A stretch of 64,000 nucleotides of DNA. It comes from an uncultured Gammaproteobacteria bacterium (lineage in GTDB: Bacteria > Patescibacteriota > Patescibacteriia > Magasanikbacterales > JBBTQS01). The stretch is from positions 630,359 to 694,358 of the forward strand of contig OZ246400.1 of NCBI GenBank assembly GCA_965230935.1, written 5' to 3'. Position numbers and translations under genes: made by a program. Under the pieces are notes generated by a model. That model was given only the letters and a program-made list of their open reading frames with translations. It did no database searches and was not told the DNA's origin. Shown here in pieces: positions 20,935-29,706 of the stretch (its first letter is position 1; each line of letters opens with the position of its first letter).

Positions 20935-21073
20935 TGTTTACCCCTCCTTAGGAGACCTATTTATAGGTTACATTGTGTAGAAAATACTACGACACCCCAA
21001 ACAAAATAGTCCAATTTTTTGCAATTATTTGTCTAATTTTATATACTAAATCTGTCGAAACTTTTTCTACAAC

Positions 21074-21856
21074 ATGATTAAAAAATTACTCAAAAATCTT
21101 AACTTCTCTGAAAAAGAAGCCCAAACATACTTAGGTTTGCTTGAGCTAGGGTCTGGAAAAGGGGTAGAAATAGCCAAAAAAGCAAATCTTAACCGCACAA
21201 CCACCTACGATATCCTTAATGTGCTCATCAAACGCGGGCTAGTAAGTAAATTCAAAAAAGGGGCCTCAACATACTTTCATGCGCTTGAGCCAGAACGACT
21301 CCTATCCTATCTTGAACGTGATCAGCAAGAACACCGCAAAAAGATTGAAAAGCAGAAACAAAAGGTTCAAGAATTGCTTCCAGAACTTGTCTCTCTTCAA
21401 AACCCATCGACTACCAGGCCAAAGGTTCAATTCTTTGAAGGAGAAAAGGGTCTACGCGAAGCATATGAAGATACCCTTACCTGCAGAAGCACCATGTTAG
21501 CCTACACCAACCTAACTGAGATGAATAAAGCCATGCCGAACTTCTTTCCGGAGTATTTTAAACGACGAACAAAAGCAAAAATTCCTATTAATGCGATCTT
21601 TGTACAAAACAAAGATTCAAAAGAATGTGCACATTACGACCAAGTAGAACTACGTGAGACACGATTTATCCAAGACAAAGACGTCACATGGTCTCCGGAA
21701 GTGAAAATTTATAATGACAAAATGGTTATCGCTTCATGGAAAGAAAAAATGGCGGTAATTATTGAATCCAAAGAATTTGCAGACCTCCAAAAGACGGTCT
21801 TCAATGAACTCTGGAAAACATTACCAAAACATACACTTGAACAACGCAAACGATAG
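21074..21856 (+). CDS. TrmB-family (sugar-responsive type) transcriptional regulator.
   Basis: 260 aa. N-terminal wHTH LNFSEKEAQTYLGLLELGSGKGVEIAKKANLNRTTTYDILNVLIKRGLV, typical of TrmB. Confidence 0.65.
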   Translation: MIKKLLKNLNFSEKEAQTYLGLLELGSGKGVEIAKKANLNRTTTYDILNVLIKRGLVSKFKKGASTYFHALEPERLLSYLERDQQEHRKKIEKQKQKVQELLPELVSLQNPSTTRPKVQFFEGEKGLREAYEDTLTCRSTMLAYTNLTEMNKAMPNFFPEYFKRRTKAKIPINAIFVQNKDSKECAHYDQVELRETRFIQDKDVTWSPEVKIYNDKMVIASWKEKMAVIIESKEFADLQKTVFNELWKTLPKHTLEQRKR

Positions 21857-21857
21857 T

Positions 21858-22400
21858 ATGCAAAAACCCCTCAAACGCAAAACACTTTTCAAAGGCAAAC
21901 TCTTTACTGTCACTGAAGAGACATTCAAGAATCCATCTGGCAAACCGGTCACGTACGAACGCGTTGCACGCGTTCCATCAGTATACGTCCTCCCCCTTCT
22001 CTCTCCACAAAAAATAGTTCTGCTGCGCGAATGGCGCATCAGCCAAGGAAAATACTTGTGGAGACTACCAGCTGGGCGCGTAGATAAAGAACTGGGAGAT
22101 CCACACGCAACTACGACACTAAAAAAAGCTGCCCAGCGTGAACTCCAAGAAGAAGCAGGATACCGCGCTGCCAAACTCACCAAAGTCTACAAACGATTTG
22201 TTGGTGAATCCATCCAAGCGCCAGCATATGTCTTTCTTGCACAGAACCTCACCCCAGCTTCACTCCCCCAAGATGCTGATGAAAAAATTCGCGTGCACAC
22301 CATGAATCTTAAAGACGCATATGAGCTCGCAATTACCGGCAAAATAGGTGAGGAACTCATGGCGCTCATGATCATACGCCTGTACAAAAAAACGCTTTAG
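21858..22400 (+). CDS. NUDIX hydrolase (ADP-ribose pyrophosphatase-like).
   Basis: Nudix box GRVDKELGDPHATTTLKKAAQRELQEEAGY (GX5EX7REUXEEXGU). The track ORF 21762-22400 overlaps trmB, so I trimmed to the ATG at 21858. Confidence 0.8.
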   Translation: MQKPLKRKTLFKGKLFTVTEETFKNPSGKPVTYERVARVPSVYVLPLLSPQKIVLLREWRISQGKYLWRLPAGRVDKELGDPHATTTLKKAAQRELQEEAGYRAAKLTKVYKRFVGESIQAPAYVFLAQNLTPASLPQDADEKIRVHTMNLKDAYELAITGKIGEELMALMIIRLYKKTL

Positions 22401-22439
22401 AAATAAGCGCTTTTTTGCTATACTACTTGCACGGTTATC

Positions 22440-23324
22440 TTGATATTGTCTATGCAAAAAGTTCGAAAAGCTATTATTCCAGTTGCTGGTCTTGGAACTC
22501 GATTTTTACCAGCCACCAAAGCGCAGCCAAAAGAAATGCTCACGTTGGTTGATAAACCAATCATTCAATATATTGTAGAAGAAGCGGTCAGTGCCGGCAT
22601 TGACCAAATCATTTTCGTCACCAGCCAAACCAAACGTGCGATCGAAGACCACTTTGACCGCAGTTTTGAGCTTGAATATCGCCTGCGCAAAAAAGGTAAA
22701 AAGAAAATCTTGGGCCAGATGCTGGATATCACTGATTTGGCACAATTTGTCTATGTGCGTCAACGTTCCCCGCGTGGAGATGGCGATGCAATCTTACAAG
22801 CACGCGAGCTTGTGGGGGACGAACCATGCGCAGTATTTTTTGGAGACGATCTCGTTGACGCCAAAGTCCCTGCGATCAAGCAAGCGATCAAGGTGTATGA
22901 GCGCTATGGTGATCCAGTAGTTGGTGTGGCGCCCAAGCCCAAAAAATCCATTCATAACTATGGTGTCGTTGATGGTATTGAGGTAGAAAACGACCCAACC
23001 ACCATCCAAATCAAAAAGATTGTTGAAAAACCAACTGCTGCGAAAGCACCAAGCAACCTCGCGGTATTTGGCCGGTACATCATTACTCCAGCACTCTTTG
23101 AAACATTAGCAAATCTCAAACCAGGTGTTGGTGGTGAGATTCGATTGACCGAAGCATTCAAGGCACACATGAAACAACACCCGGTGTATGCACAAATTGT
23201 TGACGGAACATGGTATGATTGTGGTAACAAACTGGAGTTCTTAAAAGCAACAGTTGAATTTGGTTCACGCCACAAAGAAATTGGCAAGGATTTCACCTCA
23301 TTTCTTAAAAAGTGTAATCACTAA
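22440..23324 (+). CDS. galU: UTP--glucose-1-phosphate uridylyltransferase.
   Basis: AIIPVAGLGTRFLPATKAQPKEMLTLVDKPIIQYIVEEAVSAGI is the GalU N-terminal signature. The start may be the ATG at 22452. Confidence 0.85.
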   Translation: MILSMQKVRKAIIPVAGLGTRFLPATKAQPKEMLTLVDKPIIQYIVEEAVSAGIDQIIFVTSQTKRAIEDHFDRSFELEYRLRKKGKKKILGQMLDITDLAQFVYVRQRSPRGDGDAILQARELVGDEPCAVFFGDDLVDAKVPAIKQAIKVYERYGDPVVGVAPKPKKSIHNYGVVDGIEVENDPTTIQIKKIVEKPTAAKAPSNLAVFGRYIITPALFETLANLKPGVGGEIRLTEAFKAHMKQHPVYAQIVDGTWYDCGNKLEFLKATVEFGSRHKEIGKDFTSFLKKCNH

Positions 23325-23326
23325 AT

Positions 23327-24742
23327 ATGCGCGCCCGTCATTTTGCACGCTATAGTATCCTCATTGCCGTACTCACTTTATTTGGGTTCGGGTGTAAAGG
23401 CACTCCAGCTGAAGTTCAAGAGCGCGTCAAAGCAGTCTCTCTTGAGTATTGGCGCGTGTTTGATGGTCAAGATGAATTTGAATCACTGATCAATGCGTAT
23501 CGTAAGACCCATCCATACGTGAGTATTAATTACAAAAAACTCCGTACCGAGGAATACGAACGCGCATTACTCGAGGCGTTCGCAGAAGACCGCGGACCAG
23601 ACATTTTCTCCATCCATAACACATGGGTCGGTGGATATGAGAATAAAGTCTTGCCAATGCCGCGAGAACTTACTATTCCAAAATTCACCAAAAAAGGTGG
23701 GCTTGCAAATGAAATCGAAATCACACTTGAAAAAACAAAAACACCAAAACCAAGCTCCATTCGTAAAGCATTCCTCCCGGTTGTTGCAAGCGATGTGGTT
23801 CGTGATATTCAAGTGGGTGATGAGCCGGGTGATGTTGAGAAAAAAGTGCTTGGCTTGCCATTGTCTGTAGACACCATGGCACTCTTTTATAACGAAGATC
23901 TCCTCGCGCAAGCAAATATTCCGGAACCACCAAAAACATGGGAAGAATTTCAAAATGCAGTGAAGACGCTGACGAAAATCGGAAGCGATGATGTAATCCT
24001 CCAATCTGGCGCGGCAATTGGAACGGCACAAAATGTAAACCGAAGTGCAGATTTAATCTCGCTGCTGATGATGCAAAACGGCGCAGTGATGGCGGATAAT
24101 TTTGATAATGTCACGTTTCATCACACGCCACCGGAACTTGCCAACGAACGTGAAATTCCACCAGGAATTGAAGCCTTGATCTTCTACACCGAGTTTGCCA
24201 ATCCACTCGAGCATGTCTACACCTGGAACGCCCGCATGCCGCAAGCATTCGAAGCATTTGCTGACGGCAAAACTGCGTTCTTCTTTGGCTATAACTATCA
24301 TATCCCGCTCTTGGCAACTCGCTCACCAAAGCTCAATTATAGTGTGATGCAAGTACCGCAACTTAATCCGAACAACTCAGTAAACTTTGCATCATATTGG
24401 GTGGAGACAGTTTCAAAGAAAACCGAAGCACCACAGGAAGCATGGGATTTCTTACTCTACTTAAGTCAAGCTGAGCAGGCAAAACTGTATTTAGAAAAAA
24501 CCGGACGACCAACTGCGCTGCGCGAGCTTGTAACTGACCAACTTGAGGATCCGGTGCTCGAACCATTTGTAAACCAGTTGCTGACTGCCAAAAGTTGGTA
24601 TCGCGGTAAGGACAGCATTGCCATGGTTTCTATTATGGAGGATATGATTGAAGAAGCACTTGCTAACGCACCAATTAATCCAAAAGAGGCATTTTCAAAT
24701 GCAATTTCTCGAGCAGTAAGCCGACTCAGTCAAACATATTAG
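23327..24742 (+). CDS. Extracellular solute-binding lipoprotein (sugar-type ABC transporter SBP family 1).
   Basis: 471 aa with a lipoprotein signal and lipobox (LTLFGFGCKG). SBP_bac_1-like features. Confidence 0.65.
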   Translation: MRARHFARYSILIAVLTLFGFGCKGTPAEVQERVKAVSLEYWRVFDGQDEFESLINAYRKTHPYVSINYKKLRTEEYERALLEAFAEDRGPDIFSIHNTWVGGYENKVLPMPRELTIPKFTKKGGLANEIEITLEKTKTPKPSSIRKAFLPVVASDVVRDIQVGDEPGDVEKKVLGLPLSVDTMALFYNEDLLAQANIPEPPKTWEEFQNAVKTLTKIGSDDVILQSGAAIGTAQNVNRSADLISLLMMQNGAVMADNFDNVTFHHTPPELANEREIPPGIEALIFYTEFANPLEHVYTWNARMPQAFEAFADGKTAFFFGYNYHIPLLATRSPKLNYSVMQVPQLNPNNSVNFASYWVETVSKKTEAPQEAWDFLLYLSQAEQAKLYLEKTGRPTALRELVTDQLEDPVLEPFVNQLLTAKSWYRGKDSIAMVSIMEDMIEEALANAPINPKEAFSNAISRAVSRLSQTY

Positions 24743-24743
24743 T

Positions 24744-25487
24744 ATGTCATCCACTTGGTACAAAAAATTTGCACTGGCGCTCATGATTGTATTTATTTTC
24801 GCGCCAACCATGGCACATGCCCAAGGATTTATTCCAAAACCAACTGGAAAGTGTCCGCAAGATAAATCTGGAAATGCGTACGAATGCGTCGAAGGAATAT
24901 GTAGTGGAACAAATATCCCATGTAACTACAGCTTGCAAGACATTCAAAACACCGTGGTCGGGATTGGAAACTGGATTTTTGGTATAATAGGAATCGTAGT
25001 ATTGATCACGCTAATCTACGGCGGATTCCTCTGGCTCATCAGTGCCGGTAACATGGAAATGGTGACTAAAGGAAGAAACATTATGATCGGCTCGATCATT
25101 GGTTTGTTACTTGTACTGAGTGCCGGCGTAGTCACGAAATGGGCGCTCAAGTCAGTGGGAGTAAAAGACGAAATCATTGATAAAATTCCGGTTGCTGGCA
25201 CCACACCATCTGATGGTAAAGGTGGTCCAGCTGCAGATCCTGCTGCTGCCGAATTTGTGTGTTCATGTTCTGCACCTACCGCACCAGTACAATACCAGTC
25301 AACCTTGCAAAAATGTTTTGATCCACCAGCGTCACAGCAGCCGGTTAATAGTACAAAATGTAAAACACTATTTTCCGCTACAGTTGACCCTGCTTTGCAA
25401 GTACACGTTGATGCTGGCCTCATTGACGAAGCTACAAAAACACAGCTCAAAGGACTCATCAATTGTTCAGCAAAAGATTCTTGCTAA
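24744..25487 (+). CDS. VirB2/TrbC-like (CPR T4SS-pilin type) protein 1, with a Cys-rich C-terminal extension.
   Basis: Signal peptide. Two hydrophobic helices IGNWIFGIIGIVVLITLIYGGFLWLISAGN and IMIGSIIGLLLVLSAGVV. Paralogous to the four following ORFs. The extra C-terminal domain has 8 Cys. Confidence 0.6.
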   Translation: MSSTWYKKFALALMIVFIFAPTMAHAQGFIPKPTGKCPQDKSGNAYECVEGICSGTNIPCNYSLQDIQNTVVGIGNWIFGIIGIVVLITLIYGGFLWLISAGNMEMVTKGRNIMIGSIIGLLLVLSAGVVTKWALKSVGVKDEIIDKIPVAGTTPSDGKGGPAADPAAAEFVCSCSAPTAPVQYQSTLQKCFDPPASQQPVNSTKCKTLFSATVDPALQVHVDAGLIDEATKTQLKGLINCSAKDSC

Positions 25488-25496
25488 CCCATTACT

Positions 25497-25880
25497 ATGC
25501 ATACGCTCACTCGCATTTCAATCGTCACACTCATTAGCGTAATTATTATTGGGCTGCTTGGCGCCATCCTAATCTCCCCAACAAACGCCCTAGCTGTGGA
25601 AGGTGTTGTTGAACTTGAAAACCCACTCAACTTAGACGAGGATCAACCGATTGCTGACCTAGCTGGACGAGTCATCCGAGCGTTCTTAGGTATCATTGGT
25701 ATCATTGGATTGGTCATCTTTATTTACGGTGGTGTCCTCTGGATGACCTCTGCTGGTCATGCTGAGCGCGTCACCCGAGGAAAAGACTTGTTTGTTTGGT
25801 CAATTGTAGGACTTGTGGTAATATTTAGTAGCTATACCATAGTGAGTTTTGTTCTTACCAAAGTTATTAGTAATGAGTAA
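25497..25880 (+). CDS. VirB2/TrbC-like pilin paralog 2.
   Basis: 127 aa. Signal/TM, then IRAFLGIIGIIGLVIFIYGGVLWMTSAGHAERVTRGKDLFVWSIVGLVVIFSSYTIVSF. Confidence 0.65.
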   Translation: MHTLTRISIVTLISVIIIGLLGAILISPTNALAVEGVVELENPLNLDEDQPIADLAGRVIRAFLGIIGIIGLVIFIYGGVLWMTSAGHAERVTRGKDLFVWSIVGLVVIFSSYTIVSFVLTKVISNE

Positions 25881-25958
25881 TCGTGTATTGACATCGTGTG
25901 ATATTCTTTGTCGCACAACGCTAATATACGATCAAATAAGAGGAAGGGGGTGAAACCT

Positions 25959-26363
25959 ATGACCACAACATTACAAAAAGCCGGAGTATGGTTTATGGTA
26001 GCGACCATGGCAGCACTTGTCGGTGTTACTATCGCGCCAACCATGAGTCATGCCGCAATTGATACTGACCTTAAAAAATTCCAAGGTACCACCGGACTTG
26101 GTAATAAGGACCTTAAAGAGACGATTGGTGGTATTGTAAAAGTCATTCTCGGTTTCCTCGGAATTTTAGCGGTATTGATCGTGCTTTGGGCAGGATTCCT
26201 CTGGATGACTGCAACCGGTAACGAAGATCAAATTGCAAAAGCAAAAGGTATCTTGATCGCCGGTGTGATTGGTTTGTTGATTATTATGTCAGCATACGCA
26301 ATTACCACATTCGTACTGAAGAATTTTGGAACAGAGACAGGAACAGCGTTCGGAGATCTCTAG
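25959..26363 (+). CDS. VirB2/TrbC-like pilin paralog 3.
   Basis: SD GAGGAAGGGGG then the ATG at 25959 (MTTTLQKAG...). Core motif ILGFLGILAVLIVLWAGFLWMTATGNEDQIAKAKGILIAGVIGLLIIMSAYAITTFV. Confidence 0.65.
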   Translation: MTTTLQKAGVWFMVATMAALVGVTIAPTMSHAAIDTDLKKFQGTTGLGNKDLKETIGGIVKVILGFLGILAVLIVLWAGFLWMTATGNEDQIAKAKGILIAGVIGLLIIMSAYAITTFVLKNFGTETGTAFGDL

Positions 26364-26400
26364 CGATACACTTGTCCGTACGATACATCTCACGTATACT

Positions 26401-26895
26401 ATGCAGCAGGGAATCCCCCTGCTGTTTAGTTTCATCACTATGTTGTTATCTATCATCACACGTGCGCCATGGCGCGCAATTACGATTGGATTATTTACAC
26501 TCGGAGTACTCTTCACTCCGCTGCTCGCAGTTCAAGCAGCACCGGGCGATGCTGCCAAAGGAAACTTTGGTCTTAATGCCGTAGGTGAAAACCTTAAGGG
26601 TGACCTCCCGTTTGCCGGAGAAGACCCTTCAACCGCTGGATCAAAGCTTCCACAAATCATCGGTCAAATTTTCCGTACACTTCTTTCCATTCTTGGTTTG
26701 ATCTTCCTGATCTTGATTGTCTATGGTGGTATGCGCTGGATGTTAGCGCGAGGTGATAGTGCTGAGGTTAACATGGCAAAAGAAATTTTGATCCATGCCT
26801 TTATTGGACTTATCATCGTAATCGCCGCCTTTAGTATTGTGAGTTTTGTCTTTGATAAAGTGGTTGTGCAAACTACCGAAGTACCAGCACCATAA
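26401..26895 (+). CDS. VirB2/TrbC-like pilin paralog 4.
   Basis: Track ORF 26326-26895. I placed the start at ATG 26401 to avoid overlap with paralog 3. Core motif LLSILGLIFLILIVYGGMRWMLARGDSAEVNMAKEILIHAFIGLIIVIAAFSIVSF. Confidence 0.6.
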   Translation: MQQGIPLLFSFITMLLSIITRAPWRAITIGLFTLGVLFTPLLAVQAAPGDAAKGNFGLNAVGENLKGDLPFAGEDPSTAGSKLPQIIGQIFRTLLSILGLIFLILIVYGGMRWMLARGDSAEVNMAKEILIHAFIGLIIVIAAFSIVSFVFDKVVVQTTEVPAP

Positions 26896-27353
26896 TGTTT
26901 ATGAAAAAACTTTTACTCGCTTTATTTGCTACCCTCCTTCTTCTCCCAAGCACTCCGGCTTTTGCACAAGAAGGCGGAGGTTTATATACCGGCACTCTTG
27001 ATGAGCTTGGCAAGGTTACGTATGGCGAAGATTTTAAAGAAGCCAAGCCGTTATCAGAAACCATCGGTGGGATCATTAAAGTATTACTTCAAGTCCTTGG
27101 TCTTCTGTTTATCATCCTATTGATCTATGGAGGTTTTATCTGGATGCTCTCTCGTGGAAATGAAAATGAAGTGACACGTGCAAAAGATATTCTTCAACAT
27201 GCACTGATTGGACTGATTATTGTTATCATCTCGTACTCTATTACCGTATTTGTCTTTAAGGGACTGGGTGAGGCCACTGGCACAGCATTTGAGAATCTTG
27301 AAGAAGATCCAAGTGGTGGCGCGGCTGCAGGTGGTGGAGGCGTCATACCATAG
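26895..27353 (+). CDS. VirB2/TrbC-like pilin paralog 5.
   Basis: 152 aa. Signal peptide. Core motif LLQVLGLLFIILLIYGGFIWMLSRGNENEVTRAKDILQHALIGLIIVIISYSITVF. Gly/Ala-rich tail. Confidence 0.65.
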   Translation: MFMKKLLLALFATLLLLPSTPAFAQEGGGLYTGTLDELGKVTYGEDFKEAKPLSETIGGIIKVLLQVLGLLFIILLIYGGFIWMLSRGNENEVTRAKDILQHALIGLIIVIISYSITVFVFKGLGEATGTAFENLEEDPSGGAAAGGGGVIP

Positions 27354-27364
27354 ATAGAGATAGT

Positions 27365-27393
27365 AAAAGCGCCCCGATTCGGGGCGCTTTTTT
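27365..27393 (+). terminator. Intrinsic terminator of the pilin array.
   Basis: aaaagcgcccc-gattc-ggggcgctttttt. Confidence 0.7.
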
Positions 27394-27451
27394 GATACTT
27401 GAACATTTTGCCAATCTCACGTATACTCCCACATGCAAAAGTCCATAGCGG

Positions 27452-27523
27452 GGTGGCTATGGTGTAGTGGTAACACAGGGGCTTGTGGTGCCCTTATCAC
27501 GGGTTCGATCCCCGTTAGCCACC
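27452..27523 (+). tRNA. tRNA-His (anticodon GTG) with an encoded G-1.
   Basis: Hand fold. G-1 at 27452 pairs with discriminator C. Acceptor GTGGCTA/TAGCCAC. D stem GTGT/ACAC. Anticodon loop TTGTGGT. T arm ACGGG-TTCGATC-CCCGT. Confidence 0.85.
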
Positions 27524-27554
27524 CCGGTGTGGGCTTTTTGTATTGATGTAAGAT

Positions 27555-27577
27555 GTACCCCTGCTAGGAATCGAACA
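27555..27577 (-). repeat. Duplicated 3' fragment (T-loop plus acceptor 3' strand) of the adjacent tRNA-Arg(TCT).
   Basis: tgtacccctgctaggaatcgaac is identical to 27621-27643 (the 3' end of tRNA-Arg) and lies 66 bp away. Upstream of it the sequence does not fold as a tRNA. Confidence 0.6.
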
Positions 27578-27622
27578 ACGCTCACTGCGTTCGCTAGGGT
27601 TCTCGCCTGTTTAAAATAAGTG

Positions 27623-27694
27623 TACCCCTGCTAGGAATCGAACCTAGATTCCAGGATTAGAAGTCCTGTGTTCTATCCATTGAACTACAGGGGT
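27623..27694 (-). tRNA. tRNA-Arg (anticodon TCT).
   Basis: Reverse-complement fold. Acceptor ACCCCTG/CAGGGGT. D arm GTTC-AATGGATA-GAAC. Anticodon stem CAGGA/TCCTG with loop CTTCTAA. T arm CTAGG-TTCGATT-CCTAG. Confidence 0.85.
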
Positions 27695-27757
27695 AAGCGG
27701 CACAATTACCACAATTGCGACTGCGCAGCATATCGCATATGCTACTGCGTGTCAACA

Positions 27758-28654
27758 TTACACCATGAATACCTTTTCTTGATAAGCCATTTTCCAAATT
27801 GCCCATCGTTCTTGGATCAAGAACAACAGCCATCGCAACTCATATCGTGCGCGCCGACGATGTGACGAATGCCACGCAAGCAACGTAATCACCGGCAAAG
27901 CTAATAGTCGCCAAAGAAGTCCAATATACTTTTTTGGAAATAACACAAAACCGAATAACATTGGAGGAGGATTATTACGATCATGATGCAAGTCATGGCT
28001 TTTTTTCAATCGAACCCACTGCGCGCTTGAATGCACCAAATCAAAATCCGGCCACCTCCTCCCATCCTGCTGATGATACACTTTGGCCTGAGGTGCTTTT
28101 GCGATTCTGCCAAGCTTCCACACGCGTAACGCGAGTTCTTTATCTTCATATCGATCATAATCACCAGCAAACCCACCCAGATGATCCAAAACACTTCTGC
28201 GATACATCATACTCCCACTCATGGGCCAACTTGCATCAGGATTTTGCACCACTCGCTCACCGCGCTTGGCAATATAATCATCAGCAACATGAATCACAGC
28301 TCCACTCACTCCCAACACTCCCTGATCGATACATTGGACCATCAGTTGTGCCAACCACTGCGGATGCGCAATACAATCCGCATCAATAAACGCTACAAAA
28401 TCGTGTTGCGCACATGCAATACCACTATTGCGCGCAGCACTTCTTCCTTGATTGTCCGTATGCACTACATACACAATCGAATCACCAAGGTCGCTACAGT
28501 ATTCATGAGTTGCATCTTCACTGCCATCATTCACCACAATAATCTGAAACTCAGGATACTCCTGCATTTGCAGCGCACCAATGCACCGCTTAAGTGTCTC
28601 AACTGAGTTGTACGAAGGAACCACCACTGATATTGCTGGCGGACGCCTGTTCAT
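27758..28654 (-). CDS. Family 2 glycosyltransferase.
   Basis: ISVVVPSYNSVETLKRCIGALQMQEYPEFQIIVVNDGSEDAT ... AFIDADC is the GT2 (GT-A, DxD) signature. I placed the start at the ATG at 28652-28654 (MNRRPPAIS), one nt from the xerC-like stop. The track ORF extends to 28804. Confidence 0.8.
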   Translation of the reverse strand: MNRRPPAISVVVPSYNSVETLKRCIGALQMQEYPEFQIIVVNDGSEDATHEYCSDLGDSIVYVVHTDNQGRSAARNSGIACAQHDFVAFIDADCIAHPQWLAQLMVQCIDQGVLGVSGAVIHVADDYIAKRGERVVQNPDASWPMSGSMMYRRSVLDHLGGFAGDYDRYEDKELALRVWKLGRIAKAPQAKVYHQQDGRRWPDFDLVHSSAQWVRLKKSHDLHHDRNNPPPMLFGFVLFPKKYIGLLWRLLALPVITLLAWHSSHRRRARYELRWLLFLIQERWAIWKMAYQEKVFMV

Positions 28655-28655
28655 A

Positions 28656-29615
28656 TTATTTTTTGCGATGATATTTTTTGTGCACAGTACGCAATCCCTT
28701 ATCAGTGATGTGCGTATAAATTTGTGTTGTGGTAATTGAACTATGCCCCAACATCTGCTGTACTGCCCGAATATCAGCGCCATTACGCAACAGATCAGTT
28801 GCATAAGAGTGACGCAACGTATGTGGGGTTACGGTCTTGGTAATACCGGCTTTGCGCGCAAGTCTCTCAATAATTCGTTGAACCGAGCGATCACTCAGTG
28901 GCCTATCTTCTGCAACGCGCGTCTTTGCCTTTTGTGCGCGATCATGCGATACAAATAGATAGGGGTTCATGTCTTTGCGCTTCTCAAGATAGCGCTTGAT
29001 CCAAAACCGTGCCTGATCTGACAAAAACACCACACGATTTTTCCCACCCTTCCCTTTAACGGTAAACTCATCGCGTTTGAGATTCACATCATCTTGCGTC
29101 AGTTTTACCAACTCTGAAACACGCAGTCCAGTGCTAAACAACAGCTCTACAATTGATTTATCACGCAACTGAGTCAAACTCAGTGACCGATCATTCACAT
29201 TGCCGGCTGCATCTTGAATTGGAGCTTGCAAAAACCGATCAAGATCCCCGGCTTCTAAAAAGGTCACGTCACGATCAGGCATTTTTGCCAATTCGATCTT
29301 TTCTGCTGAAAGTGTTTGTACATCACGCTTCGCCAAATACTTTAAAAACGAACGCAAGGCGATCAAATGATAATTCTGCGTATTTTTCTTGAGTGGTTCA
29401 CCATGAACATCAACCAATCGATTCAACCACAATCGATATTTTCGAACGTTTTCGAGTGTGATTTGTTTTGCACTAATATTGCCAACAAATTGCAAAAATC
29501 GATGTAAATAAAAATCGTAATTGCGAACCGTCCGCGCGCTTCGTCCGCGCTCCACTTCACAATACTCCAAAAAATCTCGGATGTATGGTTGTAATTTCTT
29601 TGCTGACTTTGCCAT
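28656..29615 (-). CDS. Tyrosine site-specific recombinase (XerC/XerD-like integrase family).
   Basis: N-terminal SAM-like domain YIRDFLEYCEVERGRSARTVRNYDFYLHRF. Catalytic R...HTLRHSYAT...LGHSSITTTQIYTH (R-H-R-Y). I placed the start at MAKSAKK (29615). The track ORF is 28656-29690. Confidence 0.85.
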   Translation of the reverse strand: MAKSAKKLQPYIRDFLEYCEVERGRSARTVRNYDFYLHRFLQFVGNISAKQITLENVRKYRLWLNRLVDVHGEPLKKNTQNYHLIALRSFLKYLAKRDVQTLSAEKIELAKMPDRDVTFLEAGDLDRFLQAPIQDAAGNVNDRSLSLTQLRDKSIVELLFSTGLRVSELVKLTQDDVNLKRDEFTVKGKGGKNRVVFLSDQARFWIKRYLEKRKDMNPYLFVSHDRAQKAKTRVAEDRPLSDRSVQRIIERLARKAGITKTVTPHTLRHSYATDLLRNGADIRAVQQMLGHSSITTTQIYTHITDKGLRTVHKKYHRKK

Positions 29616-29706
29616 ACCCACATTGTACGACACCTGCAACCGCAACACAACATGCAGCGATAGATAAAATACGGTATACTGACCATACATTATTAATCAT
29701 AATTTT

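Noticed and set aside
27541-27620. A second complete tRNA gene upstream of tRNA-Arg(TCT).
   Set aside because: Only the last 22 nt (T-loop plus acceptor 3') are tRNA-like. The upstream part cannot form a T-stem, anticodon or D arm.
27758-29690. Prophage or integrative element anchored at the tRNA-His/Arg cluster.
   Set aside because: Only a recombinase and a glycosyltransferase are present. There are no phage structural, replication or excisionase genes. The tRNA 3' duplicate is only 45 nt from the tRNA, leaving no room for an element between the repeats.
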